63,113 bases of DNA, filler included, from Asterionella formosa (GCA_002256025.1; 21 parts of 21 records of this genome joined end to end with filler, not necessarily neighbours in it); one strand, 5' to 3'; positions 22,590-36,169 are shown, counted from the whole stretch's first letter. Notes: generated by a model not told the origin, from the letters alone. Numbers and translations are program-made.

Positions 22590-22820
22590 CCGTATACTTC
22601 ATTGTCCTGGACCCCCCAATGTACACTGCTGTGACTGAATTTGACTGATCTTACTTTAGGGGGGGGTCCAGGACAATGCAGAGATTTCCCTTATAATAGT
22701 CCTAAGTTCATTTTATTATTTATACAGGATGGCGCGCATTTTTCTAATATTTATTAATATGATCACTGTTTCCGAATAGTGAAAAATGAGAAAGTTCTTC
22801 AACTTGCAAGAAAAGCGCGA
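22590..22820 (+). mobile_element. Left end of the CCGTATAC Tc1/pogo-like TIR family
   Basis: TA|CCGTATACTTCATTGTCCTGGACCCCC. Matches 39181 to about 39410. Confidence 0.88.
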
Positions 22821-23269
22821 CATAGTGGATGAATGCGGTTGGTTACATTGCAAGCGATTGATGACTCTATTTTATTCAAAAAGTGTAGCATGTGACTAGA
22901 AATATAACTTTATAGTCTGTTTAAGCATGCTCTATTGTTATATTATTGATTTGTAGAAGCGATTCCATAGCATTAATGTTAAATAGCTCAAGTCGTAATT
23001 TACGATTCGATTTTTCGTGTTGAAGCTAGTAGAACTACAGTTGACGTGAATCACTATAAATACTAAAGGAAATGACTCTAGAGTCTATTAACTGTTCTAT
23101 AATATTATAATATATAGTATAGAATGCATTTCTATATAGTTATTGAGGACTGCTACAATCAAATCTACTCCTGGCCTTGAATATCCTCCATCAAGCGGAA
23201 TGAAGCCATTCCGGCATTCCTCTTGCCCTTCTTTCTCATCATAGAATTTTCATTGACATCATACAGTTC

Positions 23270-23540
23270 TAGCACCTGCGCAAACTTGCCTATGTGCAAA
23301 CTTGCCTATGTACTTGCTCCATTGTGAAGGCAATGCTGCAACTTCTCTGCCCAGAAACCCAATAGTGCAAAGTTCCGTGCCGTCCTTGATGAGGACAGCC
23401 TTGATCATCTCCAATGGCTTGCCCAATACATCTTCCGCAACAGCCAACTTGAACCTGATCACATCATCAGCATTAACCGCTTTCCCGCAGCATTTGTGTT
23501 GCTCACATGAGCGCCCATTGCTGGAAGCATCGTCTACAAA
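23270..23540 (-). pseudogene. Second copy of the small Cys/His (HIRAN-like) ORF
   Basis: ASSNGRSCEQHKCCGKAVNADDVIRFKL...IKAVLIKDGTELCTIGFLGREVAALPSQ. Confidence 0.7.
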
Positions 23541-25674
23541 TAGAAAACATCTAATTCGTGTGATGCATCTTATAATGGTGATCATATGATCATTTAAATT
23601 CGATTTATCATCTAATATGAATAATATTTATTGTCATGTAGAATATTGTATGTATATATATATCGATACATGGATTTTAATATGTATACCATCACTGGCT
23701 GCAAACATCAACAACCGCTCAATCTGAATGCGTGTTGCATGAGTAGGATAATCGTACATGGGTATGTGTACATAGCTGCTGTAGCATTCTATAGCTTTGA
23801 AGACATGATAGATATTCATGTTCATGTTCGAGTCTACTTGTGTGTGAGAACTGGTACCAGGTCTACTGTATCATCTATTGTACTACCTGGTACCCTGGTA
23901 TTACTTGTAAAAATCAACCCAAGTTGTATTTTTCTGTAGGCCTCAAGTATAGTTCTACTGAGAATGGAAAAATACCTTGACGGTATTTTTCCGCACTTGA
24001 TCAGGGTAAAAGTACAGTACTGTNNNNNNNNNNNNNNNNNNNNNNNNNNNNNNNNNNNNNNNNNNNNTTAATTAATTAANNNNNNNNNNNNNNNNNNNNN
24101 NNNNNNNNNNNNNNNNNNNNNNNGGTTTGTATTGATGGAAGCGATGCTATTTTGAAGGATGCCAATGAAGATTTCAAGATTGTCGACTTTATTCATTTGG
24201 CAAAGATTGTCGGAGATACATAGAAGCTATGAAGTGTGCTAAATCCGTTTCATTTGTATGATTGACAGAGTTGAACTGAGGTGAATGTACCTACTCGTAA
24301 TTTTGGATGACGGAAGTCTACAGATATAGCAGTGACTAATAATTGAAGTCTTGAGATTTAAAAAAGCTCTACATCGTAGCAAGATTCTAAACTGTTACTG
24401 TCTTCATAAAACGCTGCAAATTTTCTACAGTGCCAGTGGACCAGCTAATCTACCTATGGACCATACTTTATTCTACATAGTACCTGCCACTTTACTAAAG
24501 TGGAAGTCAAGAACAAAAAAAATACAGTAGATGACTGGTTTTTCTATCATTTTGAAATTCGACAGTGGTTTTGGTCTAACATGATAAAATCTAGTGAGGT
24601 CACTAAAGACATTTAAGAAGTGGTGTATTATTAGTAAGTAACCTCATTTATTGAGTAATTTACACTTTTGCTAGTAGGGTAGCTTGAGTAGCACTTCATG
24701 GCGTTACCAGCCTTGGCGTTCTAAGTTACTAATCAACCCAGTATCAACCCAGCAAATGTGGTGACTTTGGTCCCTGAAACGTGGGGAAAGGGCATCCCTC
24801 AAGTGGGAGTCGAATAATTTTGGGGTGCTGTGGTTGTGCTGTGGTCATGCTGTGGTCATTCTGTGGAGGTGCTGTGGGGGTGCTTTGGAAAACCTCAGTC
24901 TTGTGCAGAGATTAACTTCCTGAGAAGAAAGTGGATAGCTTGGTTTGGACTTGTTGAATCTGAGAAGATGGTGGCATCATTATTCTGTTTATCATCTTTT
25001 TGCTCTTCTGTTGGACCCCGAAGTCCATCAGGCAAATCTCTGTTGAACCTTTGTCTTTGATGATAATAGCTGGTGTTTTATTTGCCCGATTTCCTTCCTT
25101 TGGAAGAAATTCGAATTCTTGATTTGTTTTTGTACTACTAGAATGCTGCTTTTCTTTTTGAGGTCATATTCCATTGCTGTTCTTTTTGCCCATGCCAGTT
25201 TGGTGGCAAATTCTTCTTACTTATTGGCCTTCAATGGTGTGACAATATGAATTTTTTCCATTCTACCTCATCACAGTAGTATTGGAATTGTTAAACCTTT
25301 ACATAGTAGAAAGGTCCTGCTGCTGATTCATATCATGATGCTATATGCTAAAGTAACTTTCCATTGCGTTGCATTCAGAATACCGATCACTAGTGATGAG
25401 CTGTACCAAATCTGCAGAGAATTATACTCACATATTTATTGCTCGCCATCATCAGTTCATAGGAACTGCTACACTATATAAAATGCGAGATGGCCAAAAA
25501 ATTGTGAAATTAGGAAAATATACACGTAAAACTTTCTGTTAAATTGGATTGGCAGGGCTAATATATATATATATATAAATATACACAAATGTACTGGGTA
25601 TGCGAATTGTTCCTGCCATGCATGAACCAGCATTATTATTGATGCGACATAAGCATCCATGAGTACTATTTCCT

Positions 25675-26202
25675 TTACGTGGGTGGAGCCTTTCCTGGTG
25701 GTGCGGATGGCTGGTCATCATGGTACACGGTTGTTGTCGTCGTTACAGTAGTTTGAGTTGTTGGATGTTGTTGGTACTCCTTTTTGTTGTTGTGAAACAT
25801 ACGACCGATTCCCCAAAATCCAGTAAAGGACTTAAGGTCAAACCAATCCCCTGCGCCTCGCTGTTGTGGATGATTAGGAATCGCTGCATATTTCAAAACA
25901 AGAACACGGCCTTCTACATGCGAATTTTCCATCAATCGCTTCGTCACATTCAGATCAGTAAATCCTCCCGACGCTAACGTGAATGGCGGAGAGCCTGGAA
26001 TGATCAATTGATCTATCGTCATTCCAATTAAGACTTCTCCGGCGAGGGGAGAATCAGGAGTGACAGCAGTCACGACAGGGGGGAAGCCCTTGAGAGTTAT
26101 TCCCAGCTTGCCTGATGGTAACGTTAAGTGAGATAATGTGGTTCCAGCAGCAACTGGCACATCTTGCTGTGTGGTTGCGGTGCTGCTGCTCATGATGCTC
26201 AT
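25675..26202 (-). CDS. PDZ-like domain protein
   Basis: LTLPSGKLGITLKG.PPVVTAVTPDSPLAG resembles the PDZ GLG loop and the following strands. ATG at 26202. Confidence 0.65.
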   Translation of the reverse strand: MSIMSSSTATTQQDVPVAAGTTLSHLTLPSGKLGITLKGFPPVVTAVTPDSPLAGEVLIGMTIDQLIIPGSPPFTLASGGFTDLNVTKRLMENSHVEGRVLVLKYAAIPNHPQQRGAGDWFDLKSFTGFWGIGRMFHNNKKEYQQHPTTQTTVTTTTTVYHDDQPSAPPGKAPPT

Positions 26203-26910
26203 GACCGATTGTTTGCTTTTGTACACCGAATTCTCGTGACAGCACGCCTTTAAAATATACTGGTACCGGTATGCCTGTCTTTATACGGTAGTAGCCTATC
26301 ACCAGTTGCAGTACCTGGTACCCAGTCTACTGTTCTGTTAAAACGCTTCGTACTCCTTCCCACACACTGAGGTCCTTTACGTAGATTCTTACGTGCTAGT
26401 AGTATTCCCTAGTACCACTAACTTTTCTCTCCTCTGCTTCTACCCTATTTTAGCCTTCTCCTGCTAGGCAGATAAACTAATTGACCTTCCTGTCAATTAA
26501 CACACTCTTTCCTTAACTGATAATCTAAAATTATAAGCCAAACTCAATTTTCCTTTCCATGCATCTTTGCTTCCCACCAAGTCGTTCCAGACTCCCTTCG
26601 AATTTCCACTTAAATTTTCCATAGAAATCTTCAAATCTTTGATCTCATTAGGCAGCTGATTGGAATGGCATGGCATTGCAAAATTTGACTCGTTGGATTA
26701 CAATTGAGTCCACAATCCTCATGACTCGAACTAATATTCTTGACAGTATACTGGTCTCAGAGGTAGCATGATGTGTATTATATATCAATTAATAGCTATA
26801 TTTATCATACCTATTATGTACTTTACCACATAGCCTACTGAGGAGCCTTTCCAGCAGTGCCTATGATATGTGATATTTACATGCATAGGAATTATACCAG
26901 AATTTACGTA

Positions 26911-27036
26911 CATCTAAGCCGCGTATTACGTGAAGTGACCATCACGTAAATAAGCCTAGTTGATTTTGAATGCATCACATGAATTAGTTGAATACATCAA
27001 AATACGTAGTTGAACATGTCTATATATTATCTGAAT
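26911..27036 (+). mobile_element. End of the CATCTAAGCCGCG TIR element family
   Basis: TA|CATCTAAGCCGCG. The same 13-mer terminus is at 47975, and inverted copies end at 31385, 33402 and 35189. Confidence 0.65.
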
Positions 27037-27136
27037 NNNNNNNNNNNNNNNNNNNNNNNNNNNNNNNNNNNNNNNNNNNNTTAATTAATTAANNNNNNNN
27101 NNNNNNNNNNNNNNNNNNNNNNNNNNNNNNNNNNNN

Positions 27137-30048
27137 ACACAGCTTGTTGATTCCGCCCTTCTCCATAACATTCACTCCTTCTTAGCCGCATGGTGTATTG
27201 TCACTGCAGTTTTTCGCATCATGTGTTGCTTGAGATCCTTCTTTTGAGGAAGTGGATGCAGCATGACAAGGAACATGAAAGGCATTCGCTCTTGACTTAC
27301 CATCAATTGATTCCGCCCTTCTCTTCTAAGCCGCAAGTATCGCTAATTGTGCTGTATTATCACTTTCGTTTTCCGCATCATCATCTGTGTTAATCCTTCA
27401 ATTCAGGAGCAAAGTGTATGCATGACAAGGAACCACATGAAAACATGATTTCAAATGTTTCAGCCATGAATACATATATATAAAGATTTGTAAGAAGTTT
27501 AAATGTATATATAGTTGAACATTTGCATAGTTTTAAACACCCTCATGATACGGCACATCCTGTGTAAACTAATGTCAATTTTGATTCTTATACATAATTC
27601 AAATATATACAATGCATGATGAGTTTATAGTTTTCCACGACCTGTTGAGTTTTTTCAATTTTTGTTGTGTCAATTCTTGTACCTACAAGTCAGTGGCTGA
27701 TTTAATTAAGCCCCTTAATAAACGGGAGTCATCACCAATTTTTCAAATGCCTGGTCGAAATCATACATTTACGTATATAGACATATTGACCAAAATTCAT
27801 ATGGCCTACCGGTAGTCCTGTATAATTGCTGGTAATTACTTCCATCATGGAAATACCACAATAGTGCAGCGGAAAACTGAATATGCTCATGTGTTTAGGA
27901 TCATTTGATCATATTTCTAAGATTGATTGATCCGGATTCTTGAAAATGAATGTTGATCGTTCATTTTCTCATCAACGAGACCGTTTATCATATGATCAAT
28001 AGGTTATGATCAAAGTTATAGGATAAATGAATCAAGAATCATCGATTAAATATCATAGTTTATACCGGAGTAGTTGCTCATGCATGCAACCCCTTCCTCT
28101 CCCTGTATACAGTCCGGAAGTGATAACTCCCAAGCTACCAAATTTTTATGTCTTGTAAGAATTATCGCAGCATGCATGCATACATGGTGACTCCTACTGG
28201 TATATACAATGCGGAAATGATGACCACCAGACTACCAATCCTATAGGTCCTGTAGAATTATCGCAACATGGCTGCATATCTAATGAAAGGGCGGGAGGAG
28301 TCATCCATGCACCTGTATAGTATGAAATATGGAAATGATCAAATATAGCTAGACTACCACACAAGGAGCAGTGCATCATATATGCCTTTTTATTTTAATT
28401 CCTATGAAATCTCGCTCTTGATCTGTTCTGCGCTTTTTCGCCACAATTGTTTTCATTGGCTGTTTCACTGGAAAGCATTCGAATTGATTGTGCTTTAAAC
28501 GAAGCAATGATCAAAGTCCACCCCATTGGAGAATGGTGAGTCTTACAACTAATTATCAGCCAGTCATGGACTGTCTTTTGTGCACCCTCGCTCGTTGTGT
28601 TTGTACTTGACTTGGCAGCTGTCAGCCAAGAGCAGCCATGGCATGCCACCATCTATTGTCTATACAAGTTTCGAATGCGTTCAGCTATTATATCTTTTGC
28701 TTACCCCTCCTAAATACTATCTCACCACCCTTGTCGTAGATTTTTCTTTATCCTTCGGCTTCACAGGCCCAGGTTACTCAATGCCTTCATCTGCAAGGAG
28801 TTCAGCCAAGCAGACCCACGTTGGCGTCAAGAAAACCTCAACCCCGATTTTCCTCACATGCTCCACCCATTGACTTCTTAATTGATGAAGTTGAGGTGGC
28901 TATACTGGCTGACGACATCAGGTGGCGCAGGCTTGTGTATAGATTGATGATGCTGAAAGCATTGCTTCCTTTCCCATAGTAGGTACCTATTTGTCAACAT
29001 TGTTTGGGTCAATCTATTCTTGTTCCCGCAAGACCAGAAGCAATTATCCCTTTACTTCTCCTCCCAAGAACCTTCATTTCTCTTTCACAATTGTCCTGAT
29101 GATGTTTGCAGAGCACCATTTTTAGTTCCCTTGTTTTGATTTTTCCACTGGTTTCGATCCATTTTGCATTCAAGTCAAGAAACAAGCAACTCATTGAGAT
29201 TTCTGGAGGTCTCGGTCAGTGGCACCATAAAGCAACAGTCAATAGATCATGGCGGCTGTTCTCCATTTTCTGTAGCAAGTGACATTCAAGAAGGGACTGG
29301 GACCATTGGGGAGAAAAATTAGTAGGCTTCTCTGTGTTTGCCCCCGCCCGTTTGGCAGCCATTCTACCATTGCTTCCTCTCAATCAATACTATTATAGCT
29401 AATGAAAACCGTAATTAAATGAAATGTGACTTCCGGTTGTTTCTAATATTTTACATTGTTGCACTACTGAAACTTGAATCCATAAATGGGCATTCAACTT
29501 GTGCTACTTGCATTTTTGCAGTATAGACTGGCTGGTGGGCGATAGGCCAAGCAAAGTGTCTCGCTTTTCATGAACATCTACAAGGTACTAGTGCTTTTGT
29601 CGAGGTTTGTGTCTAAATCCAACTGCTGCCATCCATTGAAATATTCCAGATACATCAAAGAATAGCTACGCTCCTGTCTTCAAAGGTAAGGAACTAGTAC
29701 GATGACAAAGAAAATCTAATGAGACATGAAAATTACGAAACCAGAATCACTCTGTTACTATAAATAGACGGCACAGTCTCATGCTTCTTTGTGCATATCG
29801 CCTGCTATGCTGCGTTTCAATTCTAGATGTATTATGTTCTTGTTAGAGAGACGATGTTACAGAGAAGTGCGGAATCAATTGATGGTAAGTCAAGAGCGAA
29901 TGCCTTTCATGTTCCTTGTCGTGCTGCATCCACTTCCTCAAAAGAAGGATCTCAAGCAACACATGATGCGAAAAACTGCAGTGACAATACACCATGCGGC
30001 TAAGAAGGAGTGAATGTTATGGAGAAGGGCGGAATCAACAAGCTGTGT
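27137..30048. repeat. Contig bounded by near-perfect inverted repeats of at least 180 bp
   Basis: 27137-27316 is the reverse complement of 29869-30048, with 1 mismatch seen. Confidence 0.93.
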
Positions 30049-30148
30049 NNNNNNNNNNNNNNNNNNNNNNNNNNNNNNNNNNNNNNNNNNNNTTAATTAA
30101 TTAANNNNNNNNNNNNNNNNNNNNNNNNNNNNNNNNNNNNNNNNNNNN

Positions 30149-31805
30149 TTATCCTGACCATAATCTTCCTTTTCATATCTTTACTGATGCCTCTGATTAT
30201 CAATTAGGGTCGGTCATTATGCAAAATGATCTCCCAGTTGCTTATTATTCTCGCAAATTATCTGCCTCTCAAAAGAATTATACTACTATTGAAAAAGAAT
30301 TACTTTCGGTGGTAGAAACTTTTAAAGAATTTCGCTCTATGTTATTGGGCGCAGTTCTACATGTTCACACTGATCATCGAAATCTTATTTATAATACTTT
30401 ACATACTCAACGTGTTCTACGATGGAGACTTTACATTGAAGAATACCATCCTACTTTATACTACGTGAAAGGGACTGACAATGCTATTGCAGATTCCATC
30501 TGTCGCCTCCCGAGGCTTAAGTATTTGGTGGAGGATGATATTGATATTGGACCGAAATCTCCAAAATCAACTTCCACTTCTACTTTTTCAATTGAATTAG
30601 ATGATGAACCTTTGCTTACATGTTTCCTTAATCATCCTATCTTGACAGACAATATTCAATATCCTCTGGATTATCATTTAATACATCATAGACAATTGCT
30701 GGATATACAATTGATTCTCAATCAACAAACACATCCATTAAAATTTCCTTCTATCAATTTTCATGATATATTTTTAATATGTTTTGTGAAGAATCCAGGA
30801 GATACTTGGCGTATTGCTATTCCTACATCATTATTGGATCCTATTACTAATTGGTATCATCAGATGTTAGCTCATGTGGGTATGACAAGATTAAATGCTA
30901 CAATTTCTACAAATTTTTATCACCCTACCTCTAAAACAATTTTATCTTGAACTTTTAAGATATGTAGTTGTAACATCAACTAGTTTTGTCTTGGAAATCA
31001 CTGTATGATTCTGAACCATCGCATGAAAACCTCGAAGAGAAGTTTTGTTCACTATAATAGTTCATATTATTTACGTGAAGTGCACAAATATAAACTGTAG
31101 ATTGTCCATGCATGAAATAAGACACAACAAATATCCTTACTATTTCACAAATAATTTGCGTGTAGTAAATGAATTAGCCACGAGAGCAGGATATTAGTTG
31201 GACTTTGAAATGAATTATTTGAAACATCAACTAATTCAGTCTTGAGTTCAAAGTTCATTGTGAGAAATTCACATGAAACCGTTAAACCTTCACATGAAAC
31301 CGTTAAAAGTAACCTTTTTTAAGGGAAGAGTGGCATTAATTCATGAATGATATTTCGAAAAGTGGCGTATTTCGCGGCTTAGATGACTAGTCTACGAGTG
31401 ATGTTAAAGGCTCATCCTCCAATCAATGAATTTCAAGCCCAAAATATTGTGGATACATGTTTTGCAGCTGCATCATATGCAGCTCGAGCTACTATTCATA
31501 GTATATTACGTATTTCACCAGGAGCATGGGTTTTTCAACGTGATGATTTACAATTTATACATCAATGTCGACAAGTGATGATTGACGAACGTTTATGCCG
31601 TGTTAAATTCAGTCGTCGATCTTATGATTACAAAGTGGGTGACAAGATTTTAATATTATTAGATAATCCTACTTCTTTGGATAATCGTGGACGAGGTCCT
31701 TATACTATTATTCAAGTACATGCCAATGGTACAGTTACTTTTCAACGCACTATGCACATAACAGAACGAATTATTATTCGTCGTATCAAACCTTTTCATA
31801 GGTAA
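30149..31805 (+). pseudogene. Ty3/gypsy pol (RNase H, integrase N- and C-termini) with the integrase core replaced by an insertion
   Basis: Motifs FTDASDYQLG, PVAYYSRKL..QKNYTTIEKELL, HTDHRNL, WYHQMLAH.G. Interrupted at about 30929-31385. Resumes at LRVML...GRGPY (GPY/F module). Confidence 0.92.
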
Positions 31806-31831
31806 AAGGTTTTCCCTCAAGTGTGGGAGAG

Positions 31832-32031
31832 TGAGCAATCCTGCACATCGAACAGATGTATATAGAGTTAGGGTTATATCAAATATATCGGAATTCAATA
31901 ATGAGAGAACTCGACTAACACCCATTGTATACTTTGATTTCAGTTCAGGAAATGAGTTGTACATAAGGATTAATTAATAAGCTCATACACCGGTATTCAA
32001 CAAATACTACTACTTCTAGATAGATACTTCA
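31832..32031 (+). mobile_element. 3' LTR of the gypsy element
   Basis: TG...CA, preceded by purine-rich AAGTGTGGGAGAG (PPT). Matches 1919-2113. Confidence 0.93.
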
Positions 32032-32261
32032 CCAGGTTCCGGTACCGTAGTCTACCGGTAGTTTCCTCGGAGCAGTGTACCGGTACATCCTTTCTCTACG
32101 GCAGTTTCTCCCGTCATTTGTTCATGTGTTTATTATAGTCATAAACCGGTAGGTATATCAATATATATTCTACATGTAGAAAACACAGAGAGTGAAAAAC
32201 GCGCACTCACCTGGTCAAGTACTCCAGGTAGCGGTAGTACAGGTGTGTATGTAGTATCAGC

Positions 32262-32315
<54 letters not shown>
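32262..32315. repeat. (ATC)n microsatellite
   Basis: About 18 perfect units. Confidence 0.97.
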
Positions 32316-32464
32316 AGCTAATCATCATCTTGATGCTTTAATTGTATGCCTCACCTCACCTCACCTTGCCTCCCTTCGCCTTTGTTGTTGTCTAAAGCAA
32401 ATGAGAGGATCAACAGCAACTCTGTTGTAGCGCCTCCCATGGAATAAATCAAGTTTGTTTTTGC

Positions 32465-32808
32465 TCATTCATTCATTCATTCATTTATTGATTTATTCAT
32501 TTATTCATTTATTGATTCATTGATTCATTGATTTATTGATTTATTCATCTATTTATTCATTTATTTATTTATTCATTTATTTATTCATTTATTTATTTAT
32601 TTATTCATTTATTTATTTATTTATTTATTTATTCATTTATTTATTTATTCATTCATTCATTTATTCATTCATTTATTCATTTATTTATTCATTCATTTAT
32701 TCATTCATTTATTCATTTATTTATTCATTTATTTATTCATTTATTTATTCATTTATTTATTCATTTATTTATTCACTTATTCATTCATTCATTCATTCAT
32801 TCATTCAT
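32465..32808. repeat. (ATTC/ATTT)n compound microsatellite
   Basis: About 340 bp of mixed ATTT/ATTC tetramers. Confidence 0.97.
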
Positions 32809-32820
32809 GCACGTCTCAGA

Positions 32821-33059
32821 ATGATATTGCAGCAGCTGATTGTTGTCGGCTATTGTTGTGGTTTGGCATTCTCCACTATTACTACTACCACAACTACTAC
32901 TGAGACTTGTCGAAGTGGCATCAGTTGGCGCGATCGCAACTACTCAAATAATCCAGTCACCATTCGAGAATCCAATTACATTTCGCTTCGAGATGATTCA
33001 GGTATTTCTGCAGCTGTCTGTCATCGCACCTTGTTTGGTAACATTTCACTCGATCCTAT
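32821..33059 (+). CDS. N-terminus of a probable secreted or membrane protein (3' partial)
   Basis: MILQQLIVVGYCCGLAFS hydrophobic start followed by a Thr run; open into the spacer. Confidence 0.4.
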
Positions 33060-33159
33060 NNNNNNNNNNNNNNNNNNNNNNNNNNNNNNNNNNNNNNNNN
33101 NNNTTAATTAATTAANNNNNNNNNNNNNNNNNNNNNNNNNNNNNNNNNNNNNNNNNNNN

Positions 33160-33402
33160 TAACACTCGTACGTAGACGAAATTTCGAAAAGTCAAATGAA
33201 TTATTTGAAACATCAACTAATTCAGTCTCGCGTTCAAAATTCATTGTGAAAACTTCACATGAAACAGTTAAAACTTCACATGAAACCGTTAAAAGTAATC
33301 TTTTTTACGTGAAGAGTGGCATTAATGCATGTGAAGTACCACATAATTAACACTCATACGTAGACGAAATTTCGAAAAGTGGCGTATTTCGCGGCTTAGA
33401 TG
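33160..33402 (-). mobile_element. End of the CATCTAAGCCGCG TIR element abutting gypsy RT
   Basis: Ends GTGGCGTATTTCGCGGCTTAGATG. Its terminal ~125 bp are the reverse complement of 47975-48099. Confidence 0.8.
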
Positions 33403-35639
33403 CATGGTGCAATACTATACTTTTGCATTGGATGTGGAGAGTCAAAACTTCGTGCTTTATTTCAACTCCATTTGGTTTAAATTAATATTTGATTTAGATG
33501 ATGTGGAAATTTATATTGATGATGTGGTTGTTTTTCAATGAATTTTTCGGATCACCTTCATTTATTGGACACTATTTTACATCGTTTACAGACAAATGGT
33601 TTTACAATTAATCCATCTAAGTGTGAATGGGCAGTCCAAGAAACAGGTTGGTAAGGCTATTGGTTAAATCCTAATCGACTGAAACCTTTGTCTAAAAAGG
33701 TCCGAGCATTGATTAATATCATGTCTTCACCTGCCAATCTTAAACAAGTCAGATCATTTCTCGGTGCTGTTACTTACTATCGAGACATGTTTCCTAGAAG
33801 ATCTCATGTTCTTGGACCACTTACAGATTTAATTGGAACTAGTCCCTTTGTCTGGTTACCTATCCATCAACAAGCTTTTGAAGAAATGGAAGCATTGTTA
33901 GTGGCAGATACACTCATGCGTTATCCTGACCATAATCTTCCTTTTCATATCTTTACTGATGCCTCTGATTATCAATTAGGGTCGGTCATTATGCAAAATG
34001 ATCACCCAGTTGCTTATTATTCTCGCAAATTATCTGCTGCTCAAAAGAATTATACTACTATTGAAAAAGAATTACTTTCGGTGGTAGAAACTTTCAAAGA
34101 ATTTCGCTCTATGTTATTGGGCGCAGTTCTACATGTTCACACTGATCATCGAAATCTTATTTATAATACTTTACATACTCAACGTGTTCTACGATGGAGA
34201 CTTTACATTGAAGAATATCATCCTACTTTTCACTATGTGAAAGGAACTGACAAAGCTATTGCAGATTCCACATCTCGCCTCCCGAGGCTTGAGTCTTTGG
34301 TGGGGGATGATATTGAAATTGGACCGAAATCTCCAACATCAACTTCCACTTCTACTTTTTCAATTGAATTAGATGATGAACCTTTGCTTACATGTTTCCT
34401 TAATCATCCCATCTTGACAGACAATATTCAATATCCTCTGGATTATTATTTAATACATGACAGACAATTGCTGGATATACAATTGATTCTCAATCAACAA
34501 ACACATCCACTACAATTTCCTTCTATCAGTTTTCATGATATATTTTTAATATGTTTTGTGAAGAATCCAGGAGATACTTGGCGTATTGCTATTCCTACAT
34601 CATCATTGGATCCTATTATTAATTGGTATCATCAGATGTTAGCTCATGTGGGTATGACAAGATTAAATGCTACAATTTCTACACATTTTTATCACCCTAC
34701 CTCTAAAACAATTTTATCTTGAACTTTTAAAATATGTAGTTGTAACATCAACTAGTTTTGTCTTGGAAATCACTGTATGATTCTGAACCATCGCATGAAA
34801 ACCTCGAAGAGAAGTTTTGTTCACTATAATGGTTCATATTATTTACGTGAAGTGCACAAATATAAACTGTAGATTGTCCATGCATGAAATAAGACACTAC
34901 AAATATCCTTACTATTTCACAAATAAAGATGCGTGTAGTAAATGAATTAGCAACGAGAGCAGGATATTAGTTGGACTTTGAAATGAAATATTTGAAACAT
35001 CAACTAATTCAGTCTTGAGTTCAAAGTTCATTGTGAGAACTTCACATGAAACCGTTAAACCTTCACATGAAACCGTTAAAAGTAACCTTTTTTAAGGGAA
35101 GAGTGGCATTAAATTATGTCAAGTACCCCATCATTAACACTCCTACATAAATGATATTTCGAAAAGTGGCGTATTTCGCGGCTTAGATGACTAGTCTACG
35201 AGTGATGTTAAAGGCTCATCCTTTAATCAATGAATTTCAAGCCCAAAATATTGTGGATACATGTTTTGCAGCTGCATCATATGCAGCTCGAGCTACTATT
35301 CATAGTATATTACGTATTTCACCAGGAGCATGGGTTTTTCAACGTGATATGATATTAAATATTCTTTTGATTACAGATTTACAATTTATACATCAATGTC
35401 GACAAGTGATAATTGACGAACGTTCATGCCATGTTAAATTCCGTCGTCGATCTTATGATTACAAAGTGGGTGACAAGATTTTAATATTATTGGATAATCC
35501 TACTACTACTTTGGATAAGCGTGGACGAGGTCCTTATACTATTGTTCAAGTACATGCCAATGGTACAGTTACTTTTCAACGCACTATGCACATGACAGAA
35601 CGAATTAAAATTCGTCGTATCAAACCTTTTCATAGGTAA
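33403..35639 (+). pseudogene. Ty3/gypsy pol (degenerate RT, RNase H, interrupted integrase)
   Basis: TPFG, IYIDDV, GFTINPSKCEW, VRSFLG..YYR and RNase H motifs. Carries the same insertion (about 34701-35189) as the copy at 30149. Confidence 0.92.
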
Positions 35640-35665
35640 AAGGTTTTCCCTCAAGTGTGGGAGAG

Positions 35666-35860
35666 TGAGCAATCCTGCACATCGATACAGATGTATATAG
35701 GGTTAGGGTTATATCAAATATATCGAAATTCAATAATGAGAGAACTCGACTAACACCCATTCTATACTTTGATGTCAGTTCAGGAAATGAGTTGTACATA
35801 AGGATTAATTAATAAGCTCATATTTTCAACAAATACTACTACTTCTAGTTAGATACTTCA
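35666..35860 (+). mobile_element. 3' LTR of the gypsy element
   Basis: TG...CA preceded by the PPT. Matches the other two LTRs. Confidence 0.93.
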
Positions 35861-36169
35861 CCTGGTACGGTACCTGGCACAGTCATATGTCGCCATATTC
35901 ATATGCATACAACCAGGTTTCAGTTGGTGGTTTGGTTTGGAGGTACCACCTAAAAACTGAGAGTCATACAAACTTTCAGTTTTGTACTGATAGTCATAAC
36001 AAAACGGGGTAATCACACGGTTTGAGACGAATATTTGTAATATTATAAATCTGTATTAGACAAAGTCCTNNNNNNNNNNNNNNNNNNNNNNNNNNNNNNN
36101 NNNNNNNNNNNNNTTAATTAATTAANNNNNNNNNNNNNNNNNNNNNNNNNNNNNNNNNNNNNNNNNNNN

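Noticed and set aside
32536..32820. IYSF/IYLF-repeat membrane protein, and the poly-Ile ORF at 32245
   Set aside because: These are translations of (ATTY)n and (ATC)n microsatellites.
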